Source: a virus
Lineage: Duplodnaviria; Caudoviricetes
IMG/VR virus record: IMGVR_UViG_3300018413_000007
Location: 1-64,000 of that record
DNA: 64,000 nucleotides
Direction: 5' to 3' (one strand)
A program made the position numbers and the translations under genes. Below, in pieces: positions 57,901 through 64,000 of this stretch; position 1 is the stretch's first letter, and each line of letters starts with the position of its first letter. Under the pieces are notes generated by a model that saw nothing but the letters and a program-made list of their open reading frames with translations, did no database searches and was not told the DNA's origin.

Positions 57901-58470
57901 TCTACCGGCCAGAGACCAAATTGGGCATATATTGTATCTACGGCATATGCAGTTAATCACTGGGAGGGAGATATATACTTCTGGGATGGCATTGGCTATC
58001 AAAATGCTGGGGCTAACAATACAGATCTGCTCGATGCGTTCACTGGATGTTGGGATAGAATGCAAAATTATATCACAACAAACCTGACGCCTGACCCAGA
58101 TCATACTCTGATGGTAAATACATTAATATCAGAGGCCTTAAAAGATAACATTTTAAGACCAGATTCACTAGTATTCGGATCGTTGGTTGAATCTATTGCT
58201 CACCAGTTCAACGGTGCATCGGCAGGCGTTAACAGAAACGCGCTTCCTTTGAACTTCAGAAACCTGGGTAGTGCAATCTCGGCCTTGGCATCTGTCCAAT
58301 ATGAAGATGGTGGTCGAATTAGATGGTCGGGTTCAGACGAATTGAACAACCAGTACTTCGCCCGAGGATTAAGGATTAATGGTCGAACAGGACGAATCGA
58401 AGGACGACCATTTACATCTTCAGTACGTAAACTTGCAAGACGTGCTTCTCAAAGTCGCGCGTCAATCTAG
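45937..58470 (+). CDS. Giant 4177-aa virion-associated protein: acidic beta-solenoid, pectin-lyase-like domain and about 20 globin/phycobiliprotein-like repeats
   Basis: One uninterrupted ORF behind a late promoter; recurring (Y/F)-x3-K-C-x-R-D-x-G-Y-I-(I/L)-D-A-x3-D-x3-G-x-N motif. Confidence 0.85.
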   Translation: MAKISELGSITGANTRSEDLFVIVNLIQGDDGTKNITRKELVEAIQYEIFSRIRITGGQISGVTIFDSLIRNVTITDSIMEDSIIRRSTFRDGTLQDSVALRLDIRDSTFTDGEITDSTADNVAITDSTFTDGAIFDSTGNNMIITNSEFNDGTGNNVTLTNSVIDQSLFSNGDIEDSNANNLVITNSTFIDGAIFDSVANNVDISASTFTDGAIFDSTANNVTITQSLFTDGDITDSNANNIVITQSEFLNGNLADSTANNLSIGFSTFTDGTIEYSEILESSFTLGEISDSTATDIIMDNSVIFNSTGNNNIFSESALVNSTVNTSIITQSEFNDGTANNVVFSQGELLNSTGDNLDIDNSDFSNGTGSNNLFTSTTLDDSLITNSTILTTDFREGTISETTLTNTVILDSDMQDSTIETSFFANGTVDDSLVTNARFIEGELEDFEMDLKEVFDPNIHEESWFALKNFQTGKTEKITYKQFYDELAKSVSQALKIHVDVSHGRDEWPGSMLQPVKSLERACELALEKAGGKFDRNDVNNAVHISVGPGTYYTKGNLAIPDDCSATSTSGQYATVIEALPGYENNNCWLVGSGCYLQGFSYTNWKVDNFDFPEGGFAVAYRPGAKLRRSPYLRDSSQLSNFLRADVEPPLNPFNTKGTIADLGRQIILEPGYSGQWLFGDKVTFSSGAVGFLSWDDAADAALEIPVIPGDLVTQRKIYVRNLKNGEGFNVGDTVISESGGVGIVESIGIDDFPNPLVGRGGGCLLADRRVLDKDSLYTYVLCFGFTPRTQNGIGYVARDGAGVNGIGSLSIFTRCAFYALNGGQVTLNNSGSQFGDISMRAKGTATFYQPRQPTGTIFQNTAFGDTLVAESNNIVQDMIDHLTTPISDGGLGYEVYDSQKCERDSGIILDGVGLDIATDSNYWGRLAGITYRSPISYVVINDQQEETAGAIRYLQDRVEAIFQSNDPTINTRANTSFDATLNILENGESYADPLTFADTGVDEQTQAREILQDNKELIIENFVDWIDNNDEFFAYNSKKCRRDTEDYILPAVKYDAQLDTNYNSITAGNAYYMATARKVVEKQREETIGAYKHLKDQTNELIDSLGYLGASRVDAAFDNILDILERTGRQYTATFATYDTVAGTFTITIEDHDLTVGTSILLEEESFVFRCGSDNYIAEISHPRATDPAFNKPLPILSTTQDTITVHVGASTETSDHIYIRSNVNSISVVPNAITFSDDAGISVDRRNARKQLQANKEYIQDHIVGWINDAFFVYDDIKCARDTNLYILPAIERDLALGTNFNSVQAGIAYYQGISTKVINDQLEPTVGAWGYVKNQVAAAISGQPSLTRTDAAADEIIDIINNGLDNVDTIVWSDPASNLEYLTPSTATYDPVTGDSTLTVTNHGLTTDDWVIFAPYSFTFTCDLDGNATQHSYPRVGDANYNTPMQVTSVPTADTFVVNAGVGAGGNHTFVSVTPNAVTKVTTNSQGQYARQTIQANKAFMQQDVISYLNANYFTFDGEKCSRDTGLILDAVKRDIVSGSNYHAVYTGLAYRSGALGTETVITDQLVQTTSAINYLKSEIGAGLSGAELTRSNTAFDEIIDILNNGTGNADPYNFGTNSVSANALNARVILQLNRAFLIAEATAYVAATYPDLEYDVAKCERDTGFLIDAASWDIQHGSNVASGNNAKFYFDHAVSQLGADEVIPTANTFAHLAEIAFQIVRDRLVVPTTGNAEVQDQSQPDLGLTLASQVRNLMNITATAIGDSRDLLVPEAVEPVVETGYSDALVWINGQRARLQDDVIDVHLIPTFNGLPYKQDKCYRDVGLILDAVSKDIEYGGNASTIEAINYYFEGALGVDLKDGEPIINQVNILPLEQRVPTKLAFQHLADIADDIVRNVAVSPQGGNSIVQDTSGNAVNVATGTSVHDLIDTLAVQLAVFENPVTPTLVRPVADPNQTIARQHLQANKAFIQQEVISYLDDRYFTYNNVNCSGDTGTLMDAVKRDVLTGSNFNSIFNGLAYRAGTVSADLVVSDQLTETVGAINYIKQQTALRVEDTTAKARVDAGFNEIIDIMTNGAPSADVIVWGDNALNANRLLGRQKIQANKAFLQKEITAFLEDRYFTYDLAKCERDTGYIIDSTTLDIQLGTNFNSVQAGLAYYNATAASTIANERAQTVAAFRRLSDEIETIGIDAGVAGATVTNSLNASIEVVANIIEDANTAPSLTWSNPGIVAERTYAREQLQINRDFIIAEVIAYITEELPNYDVATCQRDIGYILDAVRRDLILNTTHNTITAGDAYLRTGSAYVLSDQKEYTIAGVERAREQVKALGLATADATIDTLFERVIDVLDGTVTTYTVPSYPLTGSGSYQTTERNTAKNQIQNNRAAIQQSVVDYIGEQFPELVYDVADCFRDSGYILDAVSHDVLYGGNSASIRAADAYFVGAASQLGPEEVAPTIQAFSFLKGKVNEFVTTTPERLRVVELIDIIIDVLAAGTTAGLPAVVEPDLTGLNTADHDAIQTAQTLIEQDVTDYITATYPIYDQAKCERDTGYIIDAISHDLQYAGNRATLAAANIYFEDGINVLPSLQRADTEDAYVHMSSVMQDIVVETVVTPTTGNAETQDVSGNAASATEATTVSELMEIIIDALTAATISEANIPARVEPDLSFVATDIQTWASNTVSATATLKSAVTDFLNRDYDNEVCERDLDYIIDGIRRDLLTGSNYNSVTNGEAYLRSTSEYLLGNQSEATAAVIQYAVDQIKGLGSVTSDATVQSLADIVIDILDGSATTTPAVTYPSNGSATYQTAQRVAASTAIQANKATIISDIQDFIQANYPNIYYDNAKCTRDLGYIIDSVRRDLILGTNHNTVTSANAYLRTSSGYPANGQSTATIAAIEFARDKLTRLPAVESIGEINDLFDRVIDVLNGSVTTFEPSTFPTTEGADYQTDDRVEAVSLIQGNKQQFAIELTTWIADQVAANTSPFTTDFTYDVADCERDTKFILDGISHDIKYGGNSSSRLSAIAYFDNATSQVPGEEAQTIAAFGQLKTIVNQIVTTAPEQTRVNDLIDITINVLIAGSTAGMPAEVDIDVTGLDTTEYDQFTGNQASIISDTITFVNTNYATYDIADCERDTGYILDAISHDVKYGGNIGSRASARAYFDGAVNQLGSAAETTASIGAYTELKTLVRDILVADPIATTTEADECDALIDIIIDVLNDGNLDNLPAEVEIVTTGYTTTEYDDITANQTSIIANSIVYANNNWPNGLGYDAAKCERDVGYLLDCVSFDLQHGGNSATIQDAEMYFTNAYTVNTLPENQRRASERAFAHLAEVTRQVVNAETVTPSPGNPESQIVGVTAGTEAADRSKVLVNITTNVVGAASLSGLPAEEEPDTAAYDAVYVSAFNAIEAIIPTVQKDVITYLAREWNGLGYDQAKCFRDTGYVVDAISHDIQYKGNAATWNAAQIYFVNAVNLLPYDQREPTKLAWMRLAEVVEKVVQLQAVTPTPGNTVAQITTGITGNPLIGERAKELGMYIANIVDDPDDSKLPLRDEPDYDWVASNYTADVDAIEAQAATISTGVIDYIAKNWNGLSYIEKSCRRDVGFIVDAISHDVQYGGNRATRINAQIYFENAISVLPVSTRRQTADTYEYLGLLVRDIVQGIDTQDTQYTTTAQDFTGDNSNSSEGARAQDLVQIIESVIREDNLDVLVSQVEPDLSWVDAELVTLGTTIDNNDTVLADRMIEFINKEFDVLDYDRDKCYRDSGYLLDAFSWDLNYNSNLASRWNADFYFWNNILRLPEEQREPTGRSYRELGEICARALKGELEGQVLNSGFPSEVEVEKVKDLANIFYLTLYNNTPKNLPVKIQPDEAWMGDIYLDAKAALTAKRIDLAKDVVRWVGATYRFVDEYLTRRDAGNLIQAMVNDFKYVNTALATPGGYSGPGYGSSFATLTYSASFFDQEGKIVFPVFNPSDAYPNLIFKGVLENTGALPSTGQRPNWAYIVSTAYAVNHWEGDIYFWDGIGYQNAGANNTDLLDAFTGCWDRMQNYITTNLTPDPDHTLMVNTLISEALKDNILRPDSLVFGSLVESIAHQFNGASAGVNRNALPLNFRNLGSAISALASVQYEDGGRIRWSGSDELNNQYFARGLRINGRTGRIEGRPFTSSVRKLARRASQSRASI
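46110..47290 (+). repeat. Acidic Ser/Thr/Asp/Asn short-period repeats (STFTDGAIFDSTANN type)
   Basis: 5-10 residue periodic repeats at the N-terminus of the giant ORF; almost no Lys/Arg through most of the block. Confidence 0.8.
48530..57760 (+). repeat. About 20 tandem ~160-aa helical repeats with a C-x-R-D motif
   Basis: First Cys codon at 48643 (aa 903) and 19th at 57205 (aa 3757), mean spacing about 159 aa; a 20th degenerate TRRD copy follows. Confidence 0.9.
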
Positions 58471-58506
58471 GTCTAAATAGAAAAGAGAATATAGGATCTA
58501 CTACAC

Positions 58507-58932
58507 ATGGCTATAACCACAATCGCTACTTCACAGGCGCCAGACGCGAAACCAGTTGCGGTCAATAAATCGTTGTCAGTAAATTGGCAGGAATTGATTA
58601 ATGTGCCTAATTATGAGGTTCCCGAATTGGTATTCGGTGGTTCGACTACTGTAGAGCCAGGTGTTGGTGAAATTATCAGTCCTTTAATTTGTTGCAATAC
58701 TACAGCTAATACAGCTACAGTAGATGTGCAAGTTTTCAGATTTGATCTTACACAGACATTTTGGATCATTAGAAACTTGCAAGTTCCTGGTTATGAAACA
58801 ATCCCCATTCCTCTTAATGGTCAGTTCTTAAAATCAGGAGACGTTCTGGAAGCCAAAAGTGATGCTAATAACGCGATAGATGTTACATTATCATTCACTC
58901 TCGGTCAGTCTGAAGAAGACGATGTAGTATAA
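58507..58932 (+). CDS. Hypothetical virion protein (141 aa)
   Basis: Beta-rich ORF between the two giant fibre genes; CTAAATA late-like site at 58473. Confidence 0.7.
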   Translation: MAITTIATSQAPDAKPVAVNKSLSVNWQELINVPNYEVPELVFGGSTTVEPGVGEIISPLICCNTTANTATVDVQVFRFDLTQTFWIIRNLQVPGYETIPIPLNGQFLKSGDVLEAKSDANNAIDVTLSFTLGQSEEDDVV

Positions 58933-58947
58933 CCGTAGGAACCTAGA

Positions 58948-61900
58948 ATGCCAGAACAATTTCGAACTATATCCGGTAAAAATAAAACCATAGGCCAGGG
59001 AATACCCCAGGCCTTTCCCATACAGCTTGACCCTGCGCCATTCGAAGGTGCAATCGTTTATGCTGATGATGGGACACTAAAATATTCAGATGGTGTTCAG
59101 TGGTTAGATTTAGGCACAGGGCCACAGGGTGTTCAAGGACTTCAAGGTCTCCAAGGCGATCAGGGTACACAAGGTGAGTACGGCCCTGGGTTCACAATTA
59201 TTGGTTCTGTTGCTGATGTCAATTCTACCGGCGATCCTCAGGCACTATTAAATGCTACTTTTCCAGGCGCAAATATCGGTGAAGGTGTTATTGATGACCT
59301 TTTAGATGAGCTGTGGATATACGACGGCACGAACTGGGTAAACATCGGTTCCTTTAGAGGTGTTCAGGGTTTCCAAGGTATTCAGGGAGATCAGGGTGTT
59401 CAGGGTCAACTTGGTGAAGAAGGCATCCAAGGGTCTCGTGGATTCATTGGTCTGCAAGGTCCACAGGGTGTCCAAGGTGATCTCGGTATTCAAGGCCCTA
59501 TTGGTTTCCAAGGTATCCAAGGATTTATCGGGCCTCAGGGCTCTCAGGGAACCCAGGGTGATCTTGGTATTCAGGGCGATGTCGGACCACAGGGTATCCA
59601 AGGCCCGCAAGGGACTCAGGGAATTCAAGGCATCCAAGGTATTCAAGGCCCTCAAGGGTTCTTAGGTCCTCAGGGGCTTCAGGGCGACCAAGGTATCCAA
59701 GGTAACCAAGGTTTACAGGGCAATACTGGCCCTCAAGGTATCCAAGGCCCACAGGGAACACAAGGATTCCAAGGACCGCAAGGTACTCAAGGATTACAGG
59801 GTAATACTGGCCCTCAAGGCATTCAAGGTTTTCAGGGTACTGATGCTATCGGTACTCAAGGTCCAACAGGTATACAGGGTAATACTGGGCCTCAAGGCAT
59901 TCAAGGTAACCAAGGAACTCAAGGGAATCAGGGTATTCAAGGATTCCAAGGGCTTCAGGGAAATCAGGGGCCACAAGGTACGCAGGGCATTCAGGGTGAC
60001 CAAGGGGTTCAGGGATTGCAAGGCAACACGGGCCCACAAGGGATATCCGGGCCTCAAGGTATCCAAGGGGATCTCGGTATCCAAGGTGGAACCGGTGCTG
60101 GTGGTGCTCAGGGTGCTCAGGGAACACAGGGTAATCAAGGTATTCAAGGAAATCTTGGTAACCAAGGTGTGGAAGGATGGGCAGGAGGTCTGTCTTTCTA
60201 TTGGGAATTCAGTACAAATACAACTGGTGGCCAGTTCCCCGGCCTTAATACTTGGTATTTAAACAATTCTAACGTAACATTAGCCACAGAAATGTGGATC
60301 GATGATCTGGCGGGTTCTGGTCGAAGAATCGACGAATTGTTTAATTATCTTGATGCTATCACATCTAGCCCGAAAGGCCAAATTATAATTCGAAGTGCCA
60401 GAGAATCAAATGGCACTTATCAGTATATCATATATGAATATACCAACTGGACTTGGTCTGTAACAGGTACTGGTTCTGACTGGGGTAATTTTGATATCAA
60501 TTTCATTGAGAGATCTGAGCTCGAAGGAACAGACGCGTTCCCAGGCACAAGTTGGAATGCTGGTGCTGTAGTACCTACTGGTGATGCTACTGCATCTATC
60601 ACATTCATCCCAGCTGGTAATCAGGGTGCTCAAGGTCTTCAAGGATTCAGTGGTACACAGGGTACTGTTGGTACTGGATTACCTCCTTTTTCATTCCTCT
60701 ATAATTACAATACTGCTCAAACGACAGCCTCAGATCCAGGCCAAACATTCTTCAAAACTGATAGCAATTTCCTTTCTGGGACTCCAGAAATGTATATTGA
60801 TGATCGTGATGTTGGTTTATCTAATGGTATAGAAGCTGTATTGGGTTATATGAGTCAATTACCTTCCGCTCCATACGGAAGTTTGATTTTAAGCAATGCT
60901 AATACTGCATCGGGTGATATTAATACCTGGTTCTTGGTCAATGGAATCACAGATAATACTAGCTGGTGGACATTAGACTTAGAGTGGGAATCGGGCTCGA
61001 CTGACCAAACTGGCCAGGTATCAACATATGGACCAGAAAGTGTCCTTACGTTTATTCCTTCTTCTCCGGGCCTACAAGGTGTTCAGGGGCCACAAGGGGC
61101 ACAAGGTCTTGGCGGTAATACAGGTGCAATCGGCCCGATGGGTGGATTGTCTTGGGAATATAATTACGTCAATACAAATACCACTGCGTCAGATCCATCG
61201 TTCGGTAATTTAAAATTCAATAATGCTTTGTTGGCATCAGCCACGGCATTGTATATCGATGACCTTGATGTCTATAATCAGGTATTCGATACAATCATCC
61301 CAGCCCTAAATGGGGTGAATAATACTCCTAAGGGTTATCTCACAATCGTGAGTAAAGGCTTCAGGGGATATTATGCTAAATTCTCTTATACTGCCTTTGC
61401 TGATCAGACCGGTTGGTGGACTATTAATGTTCAATTCGAATCCGGTGATTCTGATTGGACATCAATCATTGCTGCTGAAGGTAATGGCGTATACATTACA
61501 TTCCAGCCTACCGGTGATGAGGGTATTCAGGGTGATACTGGTCTCCAAGGTGCTACTGGCTCACAAGGAGCTGACGGTTCAGAAGGAAATCAAGGTACCC
61601 AGGGTATCCAAGGGCCACAAGGTAACACTGGTATTCAAGGTGTTCAGGGACAGATAGGTTCCGATGGTGCAAGAATTTATCAGATCACCAATAACGGTAA
61701 CACTGATTATGTTGTCGATGGTATCGGTGGTAACCCAGATATCATTCTGATTCGGGGATTCACATATAAATTCCAGATCAATGCTTCAGGGCATCCGTTC
61801 TATATCAAGACAGACCCAGGTACAGGTACTGGAGATCAGTATAATACTGGGGTCACCAATAATGGTGAGGACAACGGTGAAATCACATTCGTCGTGCCTC

Positions 61901-64000
61901 CCAATGCACCGAGCCTGTTATATTATCAGTGTTCTACTCATGCGGCTATGGTCGGTAATATTATTATCAGTGATCTTGGCCCGCAGGGTGTCCAAGGTCC
62001 TCAAGGTCCTCAAGGTCCTCAGGGTGAGGGCATTCAGGGAGCATCAGGTGGATTCGGTGGTGTCACATTTGACTATACATTCGACACGACAACCTCGACC
62101 TATCCTCCGTTTGGAAGTTACGATGGCTTAATTCGCTACAATAATGCCACACCATCTGCCGCAACTCAGATATTCATTCGTGAAATTGATGACTACGGTG
62201 TGAGCATCGAGGCCTACTTGAGAACAATTGATGATTCAACATCAGCCATCAAGGGCCACGTAAAGGTCACGAAGAAATCAGATCCCGCGATATTCCATAT
62301 CTACACGATCTCGGGTTCTACTGAAAATAATGAGACCCATACCATTGATGTTTCATATCTAAATGGTAACGGAACCTTTGTCAACTCAGAAGATGTAACA
62401 GTAACATTTGCTCGAACTGGCGATTCCGGTGACGAAGGTGCTCAAGGAACTCAAGGTATTCAGGGTGATCAGGGAACAGATGGCTTCCAAGGTGATGTAG
62501 GTTTCCAAGGTGCTGATGGTGCTGGTTCTCAAGGAACTCAAGGTATCCAAGGCAACCAAGGTCAGGCTGGTATTGGTGCTCAGGGAACACAGGGTATTCA
62601 AGGCTACAGAGGAGAAGATGGCAACCAAGGTTTTGCTGGATTCCAAGGCCCCGGCGGAACAGGTCCTCAAGGTATTCAAGGTAATCAAGGTACCGATGCT
62701 CAGGGCATTCAAGGTAATGATGGTCAGGCTGGTGCTTCTGCTGGATTTAAATTCGCCTTTGATTCAGGCACTGCTCAGTCAGACCCAGGTACTGGTAATT
62801 TCAGACTGAATAATGGTACTCAGAATGCAGCTACTGCAATCTATATCAACAACGCTAGTGCTGACGCAGGTAATCCGACGGTTGATGGCTGGTTAAATTC
62901 ATTCGGTGCTAGTACAAGTAACCCCAAAGGTTACATTGTTATTAAGGGCACCGATAATAACGCGACTCCAGATTTTGCTGAATTCTATATCTGGCCAGTC
63001 ACAGCTGTTATCAATCAAACAACTTATGTTGAATTGACATTATCAACACTGATAGATGAAGGAACACAATCATTCACTGCTGGGGATGAGTGTTTCTTAG
63101 AATTCTTTAGAACTGGTGATGCTGCTCAGGGAACATTGGGTTCTCAAGGTGCACAAGGTTTTGCCGGTCAGGTTGGTACTCCAGGTACACAGGGAGCTCA
63201 GGGAACCCAGGGTACACAAGGTATTCAAGGATTCCAAGGTACAGATGGTATCGGTGGATCAGGTGTTCAGGGTATTCAAGGTATTCAGGGTCACCAGGGT
63301 GATACAGGAACTGGTGCTCCAGGGCCTCAAGGTATTCAAGGTACCCAAGGTGAATTTGGTGCACAGGGTGGCCCAGGTGCTGGTGCTCCTGGCGCGCAAG
63401 GTGCTCAAGGTATTCAAGGCTTCCAAGGTATTATCGGCCCAGAAGGTGGCGGTGGTGACCCAGGTATTCAGGGTGATACTGGTATACAAGGTACCCAGGG
63501 CCCATTTGGTATAGGCCAAGATGGTGTTCAGGGCCCAGAAGGTCCACAAGGTCCAGTTGGAACACAGGGTCTCGATGGAGATGGTGGTGCTGAAGGTGCA
63601 CAGGGCCCAAGAGGATTCCAAGGTATCAGAGGTGATGATGGATTCCAAGGCCCGTCTGGTGCTGGTACGCCGGGTGCACAGGGTGGTGATGGCCCACAGG
63701 GTCCCGCTGGTCTTCAGGGTAATGGTATTCAAGGTCCAACCGGTGAAGGTGCTCAGGGCCCATCCGGTCCACCGGGTGGTCCAGGCCCACAGGGAGACAT
63801 TGGTTTCCAAGGTGAGGATGGTGCTCAAGGAAATCCAGGTGGAGATGGTGCTCAAGGGCCAAATGGTTTCCAAGGGCCCGTAGGGTCTGGTGCTCAGGGT
63901 ACCGATGGATCACAAGGTGCTGATGGAGGTCCGGGTCCACAAGGTACCACTGGTACAGGTTTGCCGGGCTCACAAGGTCCTACTGGTACTGATGGTATTC
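58948..64000 (+). CDS. Collagen-like fibre protein (3'-truncated, at least 1684 aa), absent from the ORF track because it has no stop in the window
   Basis: AGGA RBS and ATG 58948 (MPEQFRTISG...); G-X-Q triplet blocks; frame still reads LPGSQGPTGTDGI at the window end; globular domains are interspersed. Confidence 0.88.
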   Translation, partial: MPEQFRTISGKNKTIGQGIPQAFPIQLDPAPFEGAIVYADDGTLKYSDGVQWLDLGTGPQGVQGLQGLQGDQGTQGEYGPGFTIIGSVADVNSTGDPQALLNATFPGANIGEGVIDDLLDELWIYDGTNWVNIGSFRGVQGFQGIQGDQGVQGQLGEEGIQGSRGFIGLQGPQGVQGDLGIQGPIGFQGIQGFIGPQGSQGTQGDLGIQGDVGPQGIQGPQGTQGIQGIQGIQGPQGFLGPQGLQGDQGIQGNQGLQGNTGPQGIQGPQGTQGFQGPQGTQGLQGNTGPQGIQGFQGTDAIGTQGPTGIQGNTGPQGIQGNQGTQGNQGIQGFQGLQGNQGPQGTQGIQGDQGVQGLQGNTGPQGISGPQGIQGDLGIQGGTGAGGAQGAQGTQGNQGIQGNLGNQGVEGWAGGLSFYWEFSTNTTGGQFPGLNTWYLNNSNVTLATEMWIDDLAGSGRRIDELFNYLDAITSSPKGQIIIRSARESNGTYQYIIYEYTNWTWSVTGTGSDWGNFDINFIERSELEGTDAFPGTSWNAGAVVPTGDATASITFIPAGNQGAQGLQGFSGTQGTVGTGLPPFSFLYNYNTAQTTASDPGQTFFKTDSNFLSGTPEMYIDDRDVGLSNGIEAVLGYMSQLPSAPYGSLILSNANTASGDINTWFLVNGITDNTSWWTLDLEWESGSTDQTGQVSTYGPESVLTFIPSSPGLQGVQGPQGAQGLGGNTGAIGPMGGLSWEYNYVNTNTTASDPSFGNLKFNNALLASATALYIDDLDVYNQVFDTIIPALNGVNNTPKGYLTIVSKGFRGYYAKFSYTAFADQTGWWTINVQFESGDSDWTSIIAAEGNGVYITFQPTGDEGIQGDTGLQGATGSQGADGSEGNQGTQGIQGPQGNTGIQGVQGQIGSDGARIYQITNNGNTDYVVDGIGGNPDIILIRGFTYKFQINASGHPFYIKTDPGTGTGDQYNTGVTNNGEDNGEITFVVPPNAPSLLYYQCSTHAAMVGNIIISDLGPQGVQGPQGPQGPQGEGIQGASGGFGGVTFDYTFDTTTSTYPPFGSYDGLIRYNNATPSAATQIFIREIDDYGVSIEAYLRTIDDSTSAIKGHVKVTKKSDPAIFHIYTISGSTENNETHTIDVSYLNGNGTFVNSEDVTVTFARTGDSGDEGAQGTQGIQGDQGTDGFQGDVGFQGADGAGSQGTQGIQGNQGQAGIGAQGTQGIQGYRGEDGNQGFAGFQGPGGTGPQGIQGNQGTDAQGIQGNDGQAGASAGFKFAFDSGTAQSDPGTGNFRLNNGTQNAATAIYINNASADAGNPTVDGWLNSFGASTSNPKGYIVIKGTDNNATPDFAEFYIWPVTAVINQTTYVELTLSTLIDEGTQSFTAGDECFLEFFRTGDAAQGTLGSQGAQGFAGQVGTPGTQGAQGTQGTQGIQGFQGTDGIGGSGVQGIQGIQGHQGDTGTGAPGPQGIQGTQGEFGAQGGPGAGAPGAQGAQGIQGFQGIIGPEGGGGDPGIQGDTGIQGTQGPFGIGQDGVQGPEGPQGPVGTQGLDGDGGAEGAQGPRGFQGIRGDDGFQGPSGAGTPGAQGGDGPQGPAGLQGNGIQGPTGEGAQGPSGPPGGPGPQGDIGFQGEDGAQGNPGGDGAQGPNGFQGPVGSGAQGTDGSQGADGGPGPQGTTGTGLPGSQGPTGTDGI

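Noticed and set aside
59302-63973. Numerous alternative-frame and antisense ORFs over the collagen region
   Set aside because: By-products of Gly-X-Gln codon periodicity; the real frame starts at 58948 and stays open to the end.
45937-64000. Diversity-generating retroelement or invertible fibre cassette
   Set aside because: No reverse transcriptase, recombinase or adenine-specific TR/VR pair seen; repeat similarity is mostly at protein level.
1-64000. tRNA, rRNA genes or alternative genetic code
   Set aside because: No cloverleaf or rRNA-like segments in the short intergenic gaps; long core genes read through with the standard code. The only in-frame stops inside an expected gene are the TAA TAA in gp53, reported separately.
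1-64000. Cyanophage assignment prompted by hsp20, cupredoxin-like domains and phycobiliprotein-like repeats
   Set aside because: No photosynthesis genes (psbA/D, hli, cpeT, pebS) in this window; the host cannot be assigned from this segment alone.

Overview
This window is a 64-kb segment of a large T4-like (T4-superfamily) myovirus genome. A marine/aquatic phage of a proteobacterial, possibly alphaproteobacterial, host is an inference, not something shown by the sequence. Left to right: (1) recombination/replication genes gp47 (5'-truncated), gp46 and gp43; (2) about a dozen small early ORFs behind near-consensus sigma70 promoters, including a minimal Bfd-like ferredoxin; (3) a nucleotide-sugar/glycosyltransferase cluster (TAGT/GREB1-like GT-A, NAD-dependent epimerase, DexA, truncated UDP-glucose dehydrogenase, second GT-A) that suggests DNA glycosylation; (4) gp45, gp44, gp62, regA, dUTPase, Hsp20 behind a ROSE-like 5' leader, and peroxiredoxin; (5) a minus-strand tail/head-completion block (tape measure-like, gp51, gp26, gp54, gp2, gp4); (6) a plus-strand baseplate/fibre block (gp48, split gp53, hub, gp5, M15 peptidase, gp25, gp6, gp7, gp9/10-like, S8 protease, gp8, VrlC-like, S74-chaperoned fibre, a 4177-aa giant protein, and a collagen-like fibre that runs off the window). 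The most striking observation is that the 4177-aa protein carries about 20 tandem ~160-aa helical repeats resembling phycobiliprotein globin domains, 19 of which keep a Cys at the bilin-attachment-like C-x-R-D position. No tRNA, rRNA, CRISPR array, intron/intein or mobile element was recognised. All family assignments come from motif recognition by eye; no database search was run.
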